Shown piece after piece: positions 39,726 through 49,344 of a stretch of DNA of 64,000 nt. The first letter of the stretch is position 1, and the number at the start of each line of letters is the position of its first letter. Source of the stretch: an uncultured Chthoniobacter sp. (GTDB taxonomy: Bacteria > Verrucomicrobiota > Verrucomicrobiia > Chthoniobacterales > UBA6821); assembly GCA_964402065.1 (NCBI GenBank), contig CAYOAN010000007.1, positions 21,174-85,173 of the forward strand, read 5' to 3'. A model generated the notes under the pieces. That model made no database searches, was not told the DNA's origin, and saw only the letters and a program-made list of their open reading frames with translations. A program made the translations under genes and the position numbers.

Positions 39726-41144
39726 CTAAGAGGCGCTCTTTGTCTGCAATGAGTGAAGATAGATCTCATAAGCCACAGCTGCTACTAAAGCCACGAGAGA
39801 AACTGTTGAAGTAGCTTTGAAGAATGGGTTGTTATGCATTGAGTGTAATGTATCAATCGCTTCTCTTGTAGGCTGTTGTTGTAACAAGCTAGCTATCATA
39901 TCTGCGCTAGTAGTGGATCCTGGTTGTCCTGGTTGGTCTTGCGGTATAACTTCTTCGATGACCGGTGCGCTGCTTCCACTTCCTTGATTTGCATTCATCT
40001 CTTCACCTTGAAGCCGAAGACGAGCTGTACTACTTGCCACTATGCTGGATTGGTCATCATCCTTACTTTCAGCACCGTTTTCTGAATTCTTAATGAAAGA
40101 AGTAAGTTTATCTAATATGTCGATAGCGCGTTCTTGAGTCAGCTCCGGTTTAGGACCGTCCTTATCCGGTATCAGCGCACGGCTAATATTAAAAAATAAA
40201 CCATAATCAAAATTCCATGTATTATTATTCTCCACCGTCTCTTGGCCATTATTCTCACGCTCCAACGTGCCACTCTGATCGATTTTCACACTTAGCGCTT
40301 GCCCTAGATCTTGAGTGTAGCCTTCTGCTTGCTTTTTGAAAGAAGAGTACTCGCTATATTTTTCATTTAAATATTCTCCTACTATAACCAGTTTTGTAAT
40401 ATTATCTTGTTGGAGATGCTGATTCTGAAGTTTAAGAACGCTAATCAAAGCGGCTGTATCATTCCTCAGTTTTTTGATAGCCTGCACTTCTGACTCACTT
40501 ATTTCATCTGTAGGGTTGTCTACTAGTTGTTTTTTACGACTCTTTATACCAGTGCCACCGACACTTTCTAGTACTGCTTTGATTGCGGTACCCCTGTTAT
40601 TTTCTGTTCCTTTATCGATATTTTCTTCAGGATTATCTATTACATGAGTGGAAGTGGATCGATCGACAGGAGAGACTCCGTAGGTATACGGAACTTCATT
40701 ATCAGTATTATCAGGTGTTACTATTTCTGTGATTTCGTTTACTCTATCTTGTGCTTGTGGTGCTCCGACACTTTCTGCTGCTGCTGTGATTGCGCGATCG
40801 CTTTTGTTTTTTCGTCGACTGCTATTGAAAATTGACCGTTCTCCTGATTGCCTTGGAGTCGTTAATCCACTACCATTTACTATCCCCGCTTTTGGTATAT
40901 AAGCACCTCTTGTTTTATTCTCGTTAGAATCAGGAGCTGGAGATGGGGTCGCTATTCCAAGATTCGAACTTGTGCCTTCTCCCGGCGTGCCTTTTCGCGG
41001 CGTGCCTTTTCCCGGCGTGCCTTTTCCCGGCGTGCCTTTTCCCGGCGTGCCTTTTCCCGGGATAGCAAACGAAGAAACAGGAGATGCTAAGATTAAACAG
41101 ACTGTTGTCAAAATTGGAAGGGCACGTGGTAAGAAGTTTTTCAT
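39726..41144 (-). CDS. Tandem-array member 3: secreted protein with PGKGT repeats and a TM+YEIYLHSLQTKS tail
   Basis: 472-aa ORF; signal peptide; ends VSLVALVAAVAYEIYLHSLQTKSAS. Confidence 0.8.
   Translation of the reverse strand: MKNFLPRALPILTTVCLILASPVSSFAIPGKGTPGKGTPGKGTPGKGTPRKGTPGEGTSSNLGIATPSPAPDSNENKTRGAYIPKAGIVNGSGLTTPRQSGERSIFNSSRRKNKSDRAITAAAESVGAPQAQDRVNEITEIVTPDNTDNEVPYTYGVSPVDRSTSTHVIDNPEENIDKGTENNRGTAIKAVLESVGGTGIKSRKKQLVDNPTDEISESEVQAIKKLRNDTAALISVLKLQNQHLQQDNITKLVIVGEYLNEKYSEYSSFKKQAEGYTQDLGQALSVKIDQSGTLERENNGQETVENNNTWNFDYGLFFNISRALIPDKDGPKPELTQERAIDILDKLTSFIKNSENGAESKDDDQSSIVASSTARLRLQGEEMNANQGSGSSAPVIEEVIPQDQPGQPGSTTSADMIASLLQQQPTREAIDTLHSMHNNPFFKATSTVSLVALVAAVAYEIYLHSLQTKSAS
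39736..39801. repeat. Conserved 3' gene-end repeat, copy in member 3
   Basis: CTCTTTGTCTGCAATGAGTGAAGATAGATCTC (32 bp) is identical in all three members, with further partial identity to 39801. Confidence 0.9.
40971..41060 (-). repeat. Six tandem 15-bp units encoding PGKGT x4, PRKGT, PGEGT
   Basis: CGTGCCTTTTCCCGG unit; four perfect and two variant copies, in frame just after the signal peptide. Confidence 0.95.
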
Positions 41145-41173
41145 AGAATAGGAATGGATATGATAATGTTGTT

Positions 41174-41243
41174 TTTTGTTTTAAAAAGCTAAAAGGTACT
41201 CTTTGTCTGCAATGAGTGAAGATAGATCTCGTAAGCAATGGCT
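41174..41243. repeat. Conserved 3' gene-end repeat, copy in member 2
   Basis: 70 bp identical to 41964-42033, including 15 nt beyond the stop codon. Confidence 0.95.
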
Positions 41244-41947
41244 ACTATCACAGCCACGAGAGAAGCTGCCGAAGTAACCCTCAGGAATGCCGAGGCAAAC
41301 ATTGATTGTGGTGTAGCAACAGCTCCTTGAGCTCTTGGTTCCCGGGGATTCTGCTCAAAAGCATTCTGCTTTTCAAGAACTTGTTGAGGTATCTTTCCTG
41401 GGCTTGCTGAGCTAGTTATTACTTTATCAGGACTTTTGTTCCCTTGGGGACTTGGTTCTCTAACTACAGACTGTGCTGCTGCTTCCATAGCAGATATCTT
41501 GTTAGCTGATTTAATTGCTGCTGCTATAGCTGTTTCATCATTAGGTTCCATAGGAACATCTTCAGTGGAATCAATAGAGGAACTATCTGGGTCTTGCATT
41601 TCGCTTGTTTCAGGATTGGTAGCAATTAGTACCGAGCGGTAGCTGGACGTTAGACTGTTATTACTCCTCTCGTCAGGTTTACTGAAAGGTGTTACTAGCT
41701 GTAAACTCATTCTACCCTGTGAAGGACTACTAGAGTCAGGCCCAAAATCACTAAATACTCTCTGGCGTTGCTCTAATCCACCTTCTAAACCTGTTCTGGT
41801 GTCAGTGTTCCTTTTTTCATTACCCAACATACCAAATAAAGAAATAGGAGATACTAAGATCAAACAGACTGTTGCTAAAAGAGGAAAAGAACGCGTGAAG
41901 AAACTTGTTATAACAGAGCAGAGATTATGATAATAAGGAGCGATCAT
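41189..41947 (-). CDS. Tandem-array member 2: secreted S/P-rich protein with a TM+YEIYLHSLQTKSTF tail
   Basis: ATG at 41947 preceded by AAGGA; signal FFTRSFPLLATVCLILVSPISLFG; low-complexity core. Confidence 0.8.
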   Translation of the reverse strand: MIAPYYHNLCSVITSFFTRSFPLLATVCLILVSPISLFGMLGNEKRNTDTRTGLEGGLEQRQRVFSDFGPDSSSPSQGRMSLQLVTPFSKPDERSNNSLTSSYRSVLIATNPETSEMQDPDSSSIDSTEDVPMEPNDETAIAAAIKSANKISAMEAAAQSVVREPSPQGNKSPDKVITSSASPGKIPQQVLEKQNAFEQNPREPRAQGAVATPQSMFASAFLRVTSAASLVAVIVAIAYEIYLHSLQTKSTF

Positions 41948-41963
41948 GATAATCCTTATTTTA

Positions 41964-42033
41964 TTTTGTTTTAAAAAGCTAAAAGGTACTCTTTGTCTGC
42001 AATGAGTGAAGATAGATCTCGTAAGCAATGGCT
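41964..42033. repeat. Conserved 3' gene-end repeat, copy in member 1
   Basis: 70 bp identical to 41174-41243. Confidence 0.95.
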
Positions 42034-43520
42034 GCTACTACAGCCACTGAAAACATCAAAGCTGGGCGCACAAACGTGCTCCTCAGACTGCTGTTAGGCA
42101 TTACTGCACTGTCAAACTCCGACTCATTGTCTGAAAAAGTATTAGTATCAAAGCTAGAGCGAGATCCTGAGTCACCACTCACAGACTCGTCCTTAATATG
42201 AGAATTAAAATGACGAGTTTTGAGTTCTTTAAAGCCATCAGTAACTGGAGATGGTTGTACTTGGTTTGCACTGATCCCTTCCCTCAGATTGGATACTTGT
42301 TGAGAGCCCGAACAAAGGCTGACCCAAGCAGCTTTCTTAAACTGCCCTTCAAGCTGTTTTGGGATCATCCCACTCTCTTGGTTACCTTTCTTCTCGAGAA
42401 GAGAAGGACCCGTTGGAGAAGCAGCGAGCCTATGCAAACTGCCTTTCGCACAATGTTTTTCTAGATCAACGGCTTCTCCTCCTATACCACGAGGCGTAGA
42501 AGTTGGCGAAGGAGATACTATATTACTCCACCATCCTTTCATTTGGTTTACATGTGTTGACACATCAGATTTTCTTCTTCCAAGAGAATTAAGAGTACCT
42601 ACAGCTAGGTTTTCAGGACTATCATCAGTAGGACAGGAGCTGAGCGCTGAAGCAGAAACAGGTGTCTTAGGTGAAGGCGTATTGTCTTTCCCTGCCCCTA
42701 GCACCAATGTTTCTGTACTTTTGTAGCCTTCTAAATCAGTTTCATTAAAATTGAGAATCTGGGTCTCTGTTTCATAGGGGTTCGGAACAAATGACTCGTT
42801 ATTGCTACCTTTCTCACAAGAAAGAATGTCACTGCTACGGTGATAGGCATTAGTTATTTTGTTTATGAATTGTTCTGCTTTTTGCAAGTTCTGCAGGTCA
42901 TCACTACTGTGATCAGCTTTATCTTTTATTTTTTTTGCAAGATACACTTCTTTTTTTATTGCCTTGTAAGTTTTTACGTCATAGTCAAAAGGTATCATAT
43001 TTTGATCAAAATGATCATTCTCTACCGGTAATTCAGCTTCAATAAAAGAGAGCTGTGAATCAATATCCTGATCTGCGCTCTCTTCCTTTAAAGAAGAGTC
43101 TGTTTGATATTTTTCATAGATTTTTTTTTCAAGAGCCAAGGCCCCTTCTACCACTGTTTTCATTGCAATCTCTACGTCTGATTTCGTCGTAGGCTTTATA
43201 CTCTTTTGAAGTTTTTCCCACTTTGGAAGATTGCGTTGAAGGTCCTCAATAAATTCTGTCAATGAGGCATCACTCACCGGTTGGCCATCGCTGCTTCTAT
43301 TAATTTCGGGCGTTGATGGCAACTCACCTATTGAAGGCAGTCGTATTTGAGCTTCGGTGCCTTTTATTACTGTTTGATCAGCCTTGCGAAAACTCTCGCT
43401 CACTCTATTTACTCCCTTTTGTTCTAATATCCTACCTGGCATACCAAACGAAGAATCAGAACACACTAAGACCAAAAAGAGCAATTTTAATACGGAAGCG
43501 CGCATAAAAAAATATTTCAT
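41979..43520 (-). CDS. Tandem-array member 1: secreted protein with a TM+YEIYLHSLQTKSTF tail
   Basis: 513-aa ORF; signal MKYFFMRASVLKLLFLVLVCSDSSFG; ends FSVAVVAAIAYEIYLHSLQTKSTF. Confidence 0.8.
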   Translation of the reverse strand: MKYFFMRASVLKLLFLVLVCSDSSFGMPGRILEQKGVNRVSESFRKADQTVIKGTEAQIRLPSIGELPSTPEINRSSDGQPVSDASLTEFIEDLQRNLPKWEKLQKSIKPTTKSDVEIAMKTVVEGALALEKKIYEKYQTDSSLKEESADQDIDSQLSFIEAELPVENDHFDQNMIPFDYDVKTYKAIKKEVYLAKKIKDKADHSSDDLQNLQKAEQFINKITNAYHRSSDILSCEKGSNNESFVPNPYETETQILNFNETDLEGYKSTETLVLGAGKDNTPSPKTPVSASALSSCPTDDSPENLAVGTLNSLGRRKSDVSTHVNQMKGWWSNIVSPSPTSTPRGIGGEAVDLEKHCAKGSLHRLAASPTGPSLLEKKGNQESGMIPKQLEGQFKKAAWVSLCSGSQQVSNLREGISANQVQPSPVTDGFKELKTRHFNSHIKDESVSGDSGSRSSFDTNTFSDNESEFDSAVMPNSSLRSTFVRPALMFSVAVVAAIAYEIYLHSLQTKSTF

Positions 43521-43550
43521 TGAAACAAGGGAGGATTCTTGTGCTTTTTT

Positions 43551-44600
43551 TTAATATTTTGGCGGGATCCTTTTTCGGAGCGAGCTCAACATCCGAGCGG
43601 CATAACGAGCGGATCCTAAGAGAGCAGCATCATCATTCAGAACAACGCTTAATGGCATTGTTTCTAAAAGGGGTCTCATTCTTCCTTTGTTTAAAAAGGA
43701 TTCTAAAAAGAGAGGGCGCTGTAGGTATTCTAAAATTTGTGGCGGAATCCCACCCGCTAAAAAGACACCACCGGTCGCCATGGTTTTAAGAGCAAGGTTA
43801 CCAGCTTCTGAACCCAAAATGCGGGTGAAAATATCCATCGTATCACGACAGAGACGGCAGGAGCCATCGCGGGAATGTTGATCAATGATAGCATTGACAT
43901 CTCCCTTGCTCATCTTGGCCGCAACAGATGGTTTTTCTTTTCCTCGTCCTGTATCACGTAGAAAGCGATAAATATTAATGATTCCCATGCCTGCAACAAC
44001 GCGTTCAAAGCTCACGCGTCCAAATTCTTTGTGTAAGAAATCGAGCAAGGCTAGCTGAACATCATCTGTCGGTGCAAAATCAGTATGCCCTCCTTCACTT
44101 GCCCATGGTAAATGGACTTGTCGCTCTGCATCCCAGAAAAGACCTGCCTCTCCCAAACCAGTTCCCGGCGCAATCACACATTGATTTCCAGCGCGAGATC
44201 CGGCTCCTGCTTGTAATAAAAGAAAATCGCTGTGCCTTAATTCCCCAATTCCAAAAGCGGTTGCTTCGAGATCATTGAGAATAGCCACACGTGGAATTCC
44301 AATAAGGCCTGGCAATGCGCTCGCATCAATCATCCAATTGAGATTAGTAGCATGAACAACACCTGCAATGTTAGGGCCAGGAACACCAAAACAGGCAGTT
44401 ACAATGGTTCCTGGAATTTCTTCTTTATCCAAAAACGATTTTACTGCTTGGTGAAAGGAATTAAAACTTGCACTCGGCAACCGGTCAGAGCGAAGCCGCT
44501 TTAACGTACCACGACGACCATCCATTACACGAAATAAGGCGACTCTAAAGTTGGTTGCTCCGAGATCTCCAGCAAGAATAAGTTTATGACTTTTAGACAT
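43551..44600 (-). CDS. glk: Glucokinase
   Basis: LAGDLGATN, ACFGVPGP, ILNDLEATAFG, IAPGTGLGEA, SEGGHTDFAP, GGVFLAGGI. Confidence 0.93.
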   Translation of the reverse strand: MSKSHKLILAGDLGATNFRVALFRVMDGRRGTLKRLRSDRLPSASFNSFHQAVKSFLDKEEIPGTIVTACFGVPGPNIAGVVHATNLNWMIDASALPGLIGIPRVAILNDLEATAFGIGELRHSDFLLLQAGAGSRAGNQCVIAPGTGLGEAGLFWDAERQVHLPWASEGGHTDFAPTDDVQLALLDFLHKEFGRVSFERVVAGMGIINIYRFLRDTGRGKEKPSVAAKMSKGDVNAIIDQHSRDGSCRLCRDTMDIFTRILGSEAGNLALKTMATGGVFLAGGIPPQILEYLQRPLFLESFLNKGRMRPLLETMPLSVVLNDDAALLGSARYAARMLSSLRKRIPPKY

Positions 44601-44865
44601 AGAATAAAAAGAACCTCGAGAGGCTAGAGGAAAGAAAAGGGTGTGGCAAGTCAGACTTTGCTATAGTGCATTAATTTAATAAGAGCACTTTAGAAGCTCC
44701 CCCTTTTTTTAAGAAACGTCCGACAGTCTGGGCTGATGGTAGCAAGCCAAATACGACAAGCCTGCACCATGCCCTTATCCATTTAATACGCTGTAATGCA
44801 AACGGTGAGCGGATAGCCTTAATAAAAAACGCAAGCTTATGTCAGGTCTTTTTCAACTTAAGCGA

Positions 44866-45897
44866 CTATACCTTCATGCGAAGTTGCGTGGCAATGCGTT
44901 GAATTTCAGTAACAGCTTTACTGGAAGAAGAACGATCAATGAGCAATGGTTTACCCTCATCTCCCGAACGGCCTATAGATGGGTCAATGGGAATTTCTCC
45001 AAGTAATGGAACCCCCAACCGTTCTGCCTCGCTAGCTCCTCCTCCTGCTCCAAAAATAACATGACGCTTTCCATCCTCAGGAGAAATAAAGTAGCTCATG
45101 TTTTCCACAATACCTAAAATTGGAACATCGGTTTTTTGAAACATGGAGGCCGCTTTGCGCACATCGAGCAACGCTACCTCTTGCGGTGTGGTCACTAAAA
45201 TTGCGCCGCTCAGAGGTATTGTCTGTACGATCGTTAATTGAATATCGCCAGTCCCGGGAGGAAGATCCAAAATCAAATAATCAAGTTCACCCCAAACAAC
45301 TTGTCGCAAAAATTGTTGTGTGTACCGTGTCACCATAGGCCCACGCAGCACGGCCGGAGCATCTTCTTCTAGCAATAACCCCATCGACATCAGCTTGAGA
45401 CCATGCCGTTCAACGGGAAGAATCTGATCTTGTTCATTCGCTCTCGGGCGTTCCTTGGCGCCACACATCAAGGCAACACTGGGACCGTAGAGATCACAGT
45501 CACAGAGCCCAACACTGGCCCCGGTTTGTTGCAAGGCAACAGCAAGATTGACAGCAACTGTAGATTTACCGACCCCTCCCTTTCCACTTGCCACAGCAAT
45601 GATATGTCGAACACCTGTTAAAGGCATCGGTCCAGTCGCAGGAGCGGCCACAGGTGCTTGAACATCGACGAGCACTACGACGTTACCAACACCAGAAACA
45701 GCACGAAGTGCTTTTTCAATATCAGCCCGTAATATTGATGGGATCTTGCTATCAGTCGTCGAGAGGACGAGCTGAACTTTGACATCAGCACCATCAACAG
45801 CGACTTCTTTAACTAAACCAAATGATAAAATATCGCGGCGAAAACCTGGATAAGAAACGCTGCTCAGCGCAGCGCGGAGTTGTTCTTCGGTGAACAT
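44866..45897 (-). CDS. mrp: Mrp/NBP35 (ApbC) Fe-S cluster carrier ATPase
   Basis: VASGKGGVGKSTVAVNLA, DCDLYGPS, LDLPPGTGDIQLT, VTTPQEVA, GIVENMS. Confidence 0.94.
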   Translation of the reverse strand: MFTEEQLRAALSSVSYPGFRRDILSFGLVKEVAVDGADVKVQLVLSTTDSKIPSILRADIEKALRAVSGVGNVVVLVDVQAPVAAPATGPMPLTGVRHIIAVASGKGGVGKSTVAVNLAVALQQTGASVGLCDCDLYGPSVALMCGAKERPRANEQDQILPVERHGLKLMSMGLLLEEDAPAVLRGPMVTRYTQQFLRQVVWGELDYLILDLPPGTGDIQLTIVQTIPLSGAILVTTPQEVALLDVRKAASMFQKTDVPILGIVENMSYFISPEDGKRHVIFGAGGGASEAERLGVPLLGEIPIDPSIGRSGDEGKPLLIDRSSSSKAVTEIQRIATQLRMKV

Positions 45898-45934
45898 GAG
45901 AGATACCTTTTCAGAAATTGTTTCTAGGTATGGG

Positions 45935-46008
45935 TGGCTGCCCCGCATGGACTCGAACCATGAATAATGCCTCCAAAGGGCACTGTGTTACCATTACACC
46001 ACAGGGCA
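45935..46008 (-). tRNA. tRNA-Gln (TTG)
   Basis: TGCCCTGTGGTGTAATGGTAACACAGTGCCCTTTGGAGGCATTATTCATGGTTCGAGTCCATGCGGGGCAGCCA; anticodon stem GTGCC/GGCAT; CCA encoded. Confidence 0.96.
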
Positions 46009-46111
46009 AGAAGGGAATAGTTGTAATCTTGAAATCGCAAAGAGGCAATTCCTTTTTCAAAAAATTTGAAATACTTAGAAAAAAACCGTATCTTCTCCCC
46101 CTTCCATAGGC

Positions 46112-47422
46112 ATGAATCTTTCCACAAAATTTTCGCAACAGCAGCTTCTCTCGCCGCAGATGCAACAAGGTTTGCAGTTGCTACAGGCCCCTATGATGCA
46201 GTTGCGTCAGCTCGTAAGCCAAGAACTCATTGCAAATCCTATGTTGGAAGAAGAATTTTTGCAGGAAGCACCTCCAGGGTTAGCCACGGAGTTGTCCTTT
46301 ACAGAAAACTCCCTCGAGGCAGAAGATCGGCGACGTTATTTTTTAGAATCGCAGAAGTCTGTTGAAACATTAGCCGAAGCTCTATTGGCTCAAAGCGCTG
46401 GTTTTTCAAAAAAAGAACTGCTCATTGTTGAGCATATTATTGGGAATCTCAATACTGACGGCTATCTCTCCGCAAGCAATGCTGAGATCGCACTGGCATT
46501 AGGAACCAATGAGCAAGAGGTTGAAGCTGTTGTTACAAAAATCCAGCAACTTGATCCCCCTGGCGTTGCTGCCCGCGATCTCAAAGAATGTCTTTTGTTA
46601 CAACTGGAGAGAAAAGGAAAAGGCAATAGCATCGCTAGCAGAATTGTAAAACATTATCTCTCCGAATTAGGCCGTCATCATTATGAGGAAATTGCAGCGG
46701 CACTTCGCGTCTCAGTAGAAGAAATTCTTCAAGCCCACAAACTCATTGCCTCGTTAGAACCTCATCCTGGGAGGGCCTACGGGCCTTTGGAAAACCCAGA
46801 GGTCATTCCTGATGTTATTGTTCTTGCCGAAGGAGAAGACTTCATCGTTCGCGCTAACGAAGAAGCTTTGCCTCGCCTGCGTCTTAATGATCACTACAAA
46901 GAGATTCTGTCTACGGAAGTAGAGAACCAGGAACTGCATCACTACCTTCGAGAAAAAATTCGCCATGGCAAACAGTTCCTCTCCCATCTCGACCAACGTC
47001 AAAAAACACTACTTGCCGTCAGTCGTGAGATCGTAAGACGGCAGCATTCTTTTTTCCACACAGGACAACTTACTCCCCTCACCATGGCAGAAGTTGCTGC
47101 GACCTTAAATCTTCACCCTGCAACGATCAGCCGAACGGTTTCTGGAAAATATATGGAAACACCTCGTGGCCTCTTGTCTTGGAAATATTTTTTTACAACA
47201 GCTCTTGAAAAAGAAGATGGAGCCTCAATTAGCAACGAGACCATTAAACAAGCCTTACAACAACTGATTGATCAAGAAAACAAACAAGATCCTCTCAGCG
47301 ATCAACAAATTGTCGACCAGCTCACGGCCCAAGGAATCTCTGTTGCAAGGCGAACAATTGCCAACTACCGCGATCAATTAAAAATTCTTCCAAAGAAATT
47401 GAGAAAACAGAGAACCGCATGA
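46112..47422 (+). CDS. rpoN: RNA polymerase sigma-54 factor
   Basis: QQQLLSPQMQQGLQLLQ region I, DPPGVAARDLKECLLLQL, HPATISR, RpoN box VARRTIANYR. Confidence 0.95.
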   Translation: MNLSTKFSQQQLLSPQMQQGLQLLQAPMMQLRQLVSQELIANPMLEEEFLQEAPPGLATELSFTENSLEAEDRRRYFLESQKSVETLAEALLAQSAGFSKKELLIVEHIIGNLNTDGYLSASNAEIALALGTNEQEVEAVVTKIQQLDPPGVAARDLKECLLLQLERKGKGNSIASRIVKHYLSELGRHHYEEIAAALRVSVEEILQAHKLIASLEPHPGRAYGPLENPEVIPDVIVLAEGEDFIVRANEEALPRLRLNDHYKEILSTEVENQELHHYLREKIRHGKQFLSHLDQRQKTLLAVSREIVRRQHSFFHTGQLTPLTMAEVAATLNLHPATISRTVSGKYMETPRGLLSWKYFFTTALEKEDGASISNETIKQALQQLIDQENKQDPLSDQQIVDQLTAQGISVARRTIANYRDQLKILPKKLRKQRTA

Positions 47423-47572
47423 AAAATGCAAATGAATTTTCATTGAAAAATTTAGCTGTTTTAGCAAGAAGAGTCTGTCAAAATGCGCTGCTCTGCAGAC
47501 TTAGAAAAAAGAACTAAGAGCTCCGTGCCTCAGTCCTACGCTGCAGCAATACCATTTTCAAAGCCCCTTCCC

Positions 47573-48820
47573 ATGTCTATTAAAATCCGCAATCGATTAA
47601 TCGCCCTCAGTTGCTTCCTTCTTTTTGTTGCTATTGGTACGACCTATTTTTGGAGCGGCGACACACAAAAACCTTTTGCAGTCATTCTTTTTGTAGGCGA
47701 TGGGATGTCCCCAAGCATCCTTACAGCAACACGCCTTTACGATGGAGGAGCGGATAATCGTTTGGCACTCGAAGAGTTTCCTAACTTAGCCCTCACGCGA
47801 ACTTACGGAAATGATTTTGCGGTCCCTGATACGGCTTCTGCAGCCACTGCCCTAGCGACTGGCGAGCGAGTGAATCATCAAAGTTTAGCAATTGACATCA
47901 ATGGAAAACCGCTCGTGAGTCTTATCGAAGAAGCAGCTTCTAAAAATCGTGCTGTTGGCCTTCTTTCCACAGGTTCACTTACCGGCGAATCAGCTGCAGC
48001 TTTTTTTGCAAAGTCTCCTACCCCCCAAGATCAAGAAGCGATAGCAGCTCAACTCATGACGCATGCTCCTATTGATTTACTCATTGGTGGTGGACGAAAA
48101 TATTTTTCTTCTCATATTGAAAAAAAGACTCCCTCTTCCGAACCATCAACATTAGAACAACTCGGCACCAAAGGATATAGCATCGCAAAAAATGTCGAAG
48201 AATGGAACGCTCTCCCAATTTGGAAATCTTCTCCCATCGTGGCCCTTTTTGCAGAAGAAGATTTTTCATTTTATGATCCATCTAAAGCGGAGCCACTTCA
48301 GCCTTCTCTCGCTGATCTCGTTAAACAATCGATCCAACGATTGCAACATTCCCGACACGGTTATCTTCTTATCGTTGACGATGCTCTCATTGCCAAGGCA
48401 GAGGGACTCAATAAAGGAGAACAACTGTTTCATGAAATCCTTCAATTTGACCAAGCCATCGCTACAGCCCGTCAATATGCGGGTCCTAACGCTCTCGTTG
48501 TTATTGCTGGAAAACAAAATCTCGGAGGCTTGCGCATGAATGGAACCTTTTTCCGAAATGACAAAGGAGTAGCAGTCCTTGGCTCCAATACTCAAGGAGC
48601 TCCGACACTCACTTGGTCTTCAGGTCCCGGCCATAATGTTCCTTCTGATACCAATAAAGAAAACAATAGCATCCTTGCAGAACCTAGCGCGTTCAATACT
48701 CCTACTGCACTCGGCATTGCAGCTGACACGGTTACTCTTGGAATCGGACCAGGTTCAGAGCAGATCCATGGCTTTATTGATCTCACAACCGTGCATGACA
48801 TTATTAAAAAGGCATTGTAA
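47573..48820 (+). CDS. Alkaline phosphatase-fold protein with a degenerate active site
   Basis: FVGDGMS, VPDTASAATALATG, IDLLIGGG, GPGSEQIHG; several Zn ligands appear to be replaced. Confidence 0.8.
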   Translation: MSIKIRNRLIALSCFLLFVAIGTTYFWSGDTQKPFAVILFVGDGMSPSILTATRLYDGGADNRLALEEFPNLALTRTYGNDFAVPDTASAATALATGERVNHQSLAIDINGKPLVSLIEEAASKNRAVGLLSTGSLTGESAAAFFAKSPTPQDQEAIAAQLMTHAPIDLLIGGGRKYFSSHIEKKTPSSEPSTLEQLGTKGYSIAKNVEEWNALPIWKSSPIVALFAEEDFSFYDPSKAEPLQPSLADLVKQSIQRLQHSRHGYLLIVDDALIAKAEGLNKGEQLFHEILQFDQAIATARQYAGPNALVVIAGKQNLGGLRMNGTFFRNDKGVAVLGSNTQGAPTLTWSSGPGHNVPSDTNKENNSILAEPSAFNTPTALGIAADTVTLGIGPGSEQIHGFIDLTTVHDIIKKAL

Positions 48821-48938
48821 CCTTTTACCTCCACTCCCTGCGGCATCTCGTCTTAGCTTTCAATAGAAGCTAATGTAAGATAGTCAATCTTCTTTTCTAG
48901 TTGCTTTGCTCAAGCAATAAGACAGACAATCCCTCTCT

Positions 48939-49163
48939 ATGAGAAAAACCATCTTCTTATTGCTTCCTGCCCTCCTCTTGACATCGTCAGCTTTGGCAGA
49001 GCCTCCACCGCATCCTGGTCCTCACTCTCAAAATTCCAGAATTGTTAAAATAGCAGGCCTTCGAGAAGCGAAAGCAGCAGCAAGAGCAGATGCTCGAATC
49101 AAGTGGCCTGAAAACTCTCACGCCTCAAATAAAATAGCAGCTAAAAAAATACCTCCACAATAA
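48939..49163 (+). CDS. Small secreted basic protein
   Basis: Signal MRKTIFLLLPALLLTSSALA; 74 aa. Confidence 0.6.
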   Translation: MRKTIFLLLPALLLTSSALAEPPPHPGPHSQNSRIVKIAGLREAKAAARADARIKWPENSHASNKIAAKKIPPQ

Positions 49164-49344
49164 CTCAGCCATAAACTCAGCAATCATAAGCCATCTTCCT
49201 TGATAAAGAAAAACACGTTTGAACGCCAAGTGGCACATGCTGCTAGAGAATCAAAATAGAGCCTAACTGCACATTAAAAATAAATAGCAACAGACGCTAA
49301 AAATTTGACGTGCCTTATTTATCAACTTTATGCTGAGAAGCCTT

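Noticed and set aside
39726-43520. Integron cassette array
   Set aside because: The shared repeat is mostly coding, lacks the attC RYYYAAC...GTTRRRY inverted structure, and no intI is present
44690-44860. Possible riboswitch or ncRNA between glk and mrp
   Set aside because: No recognisable conserved motif or convincing stem could be supported by eye
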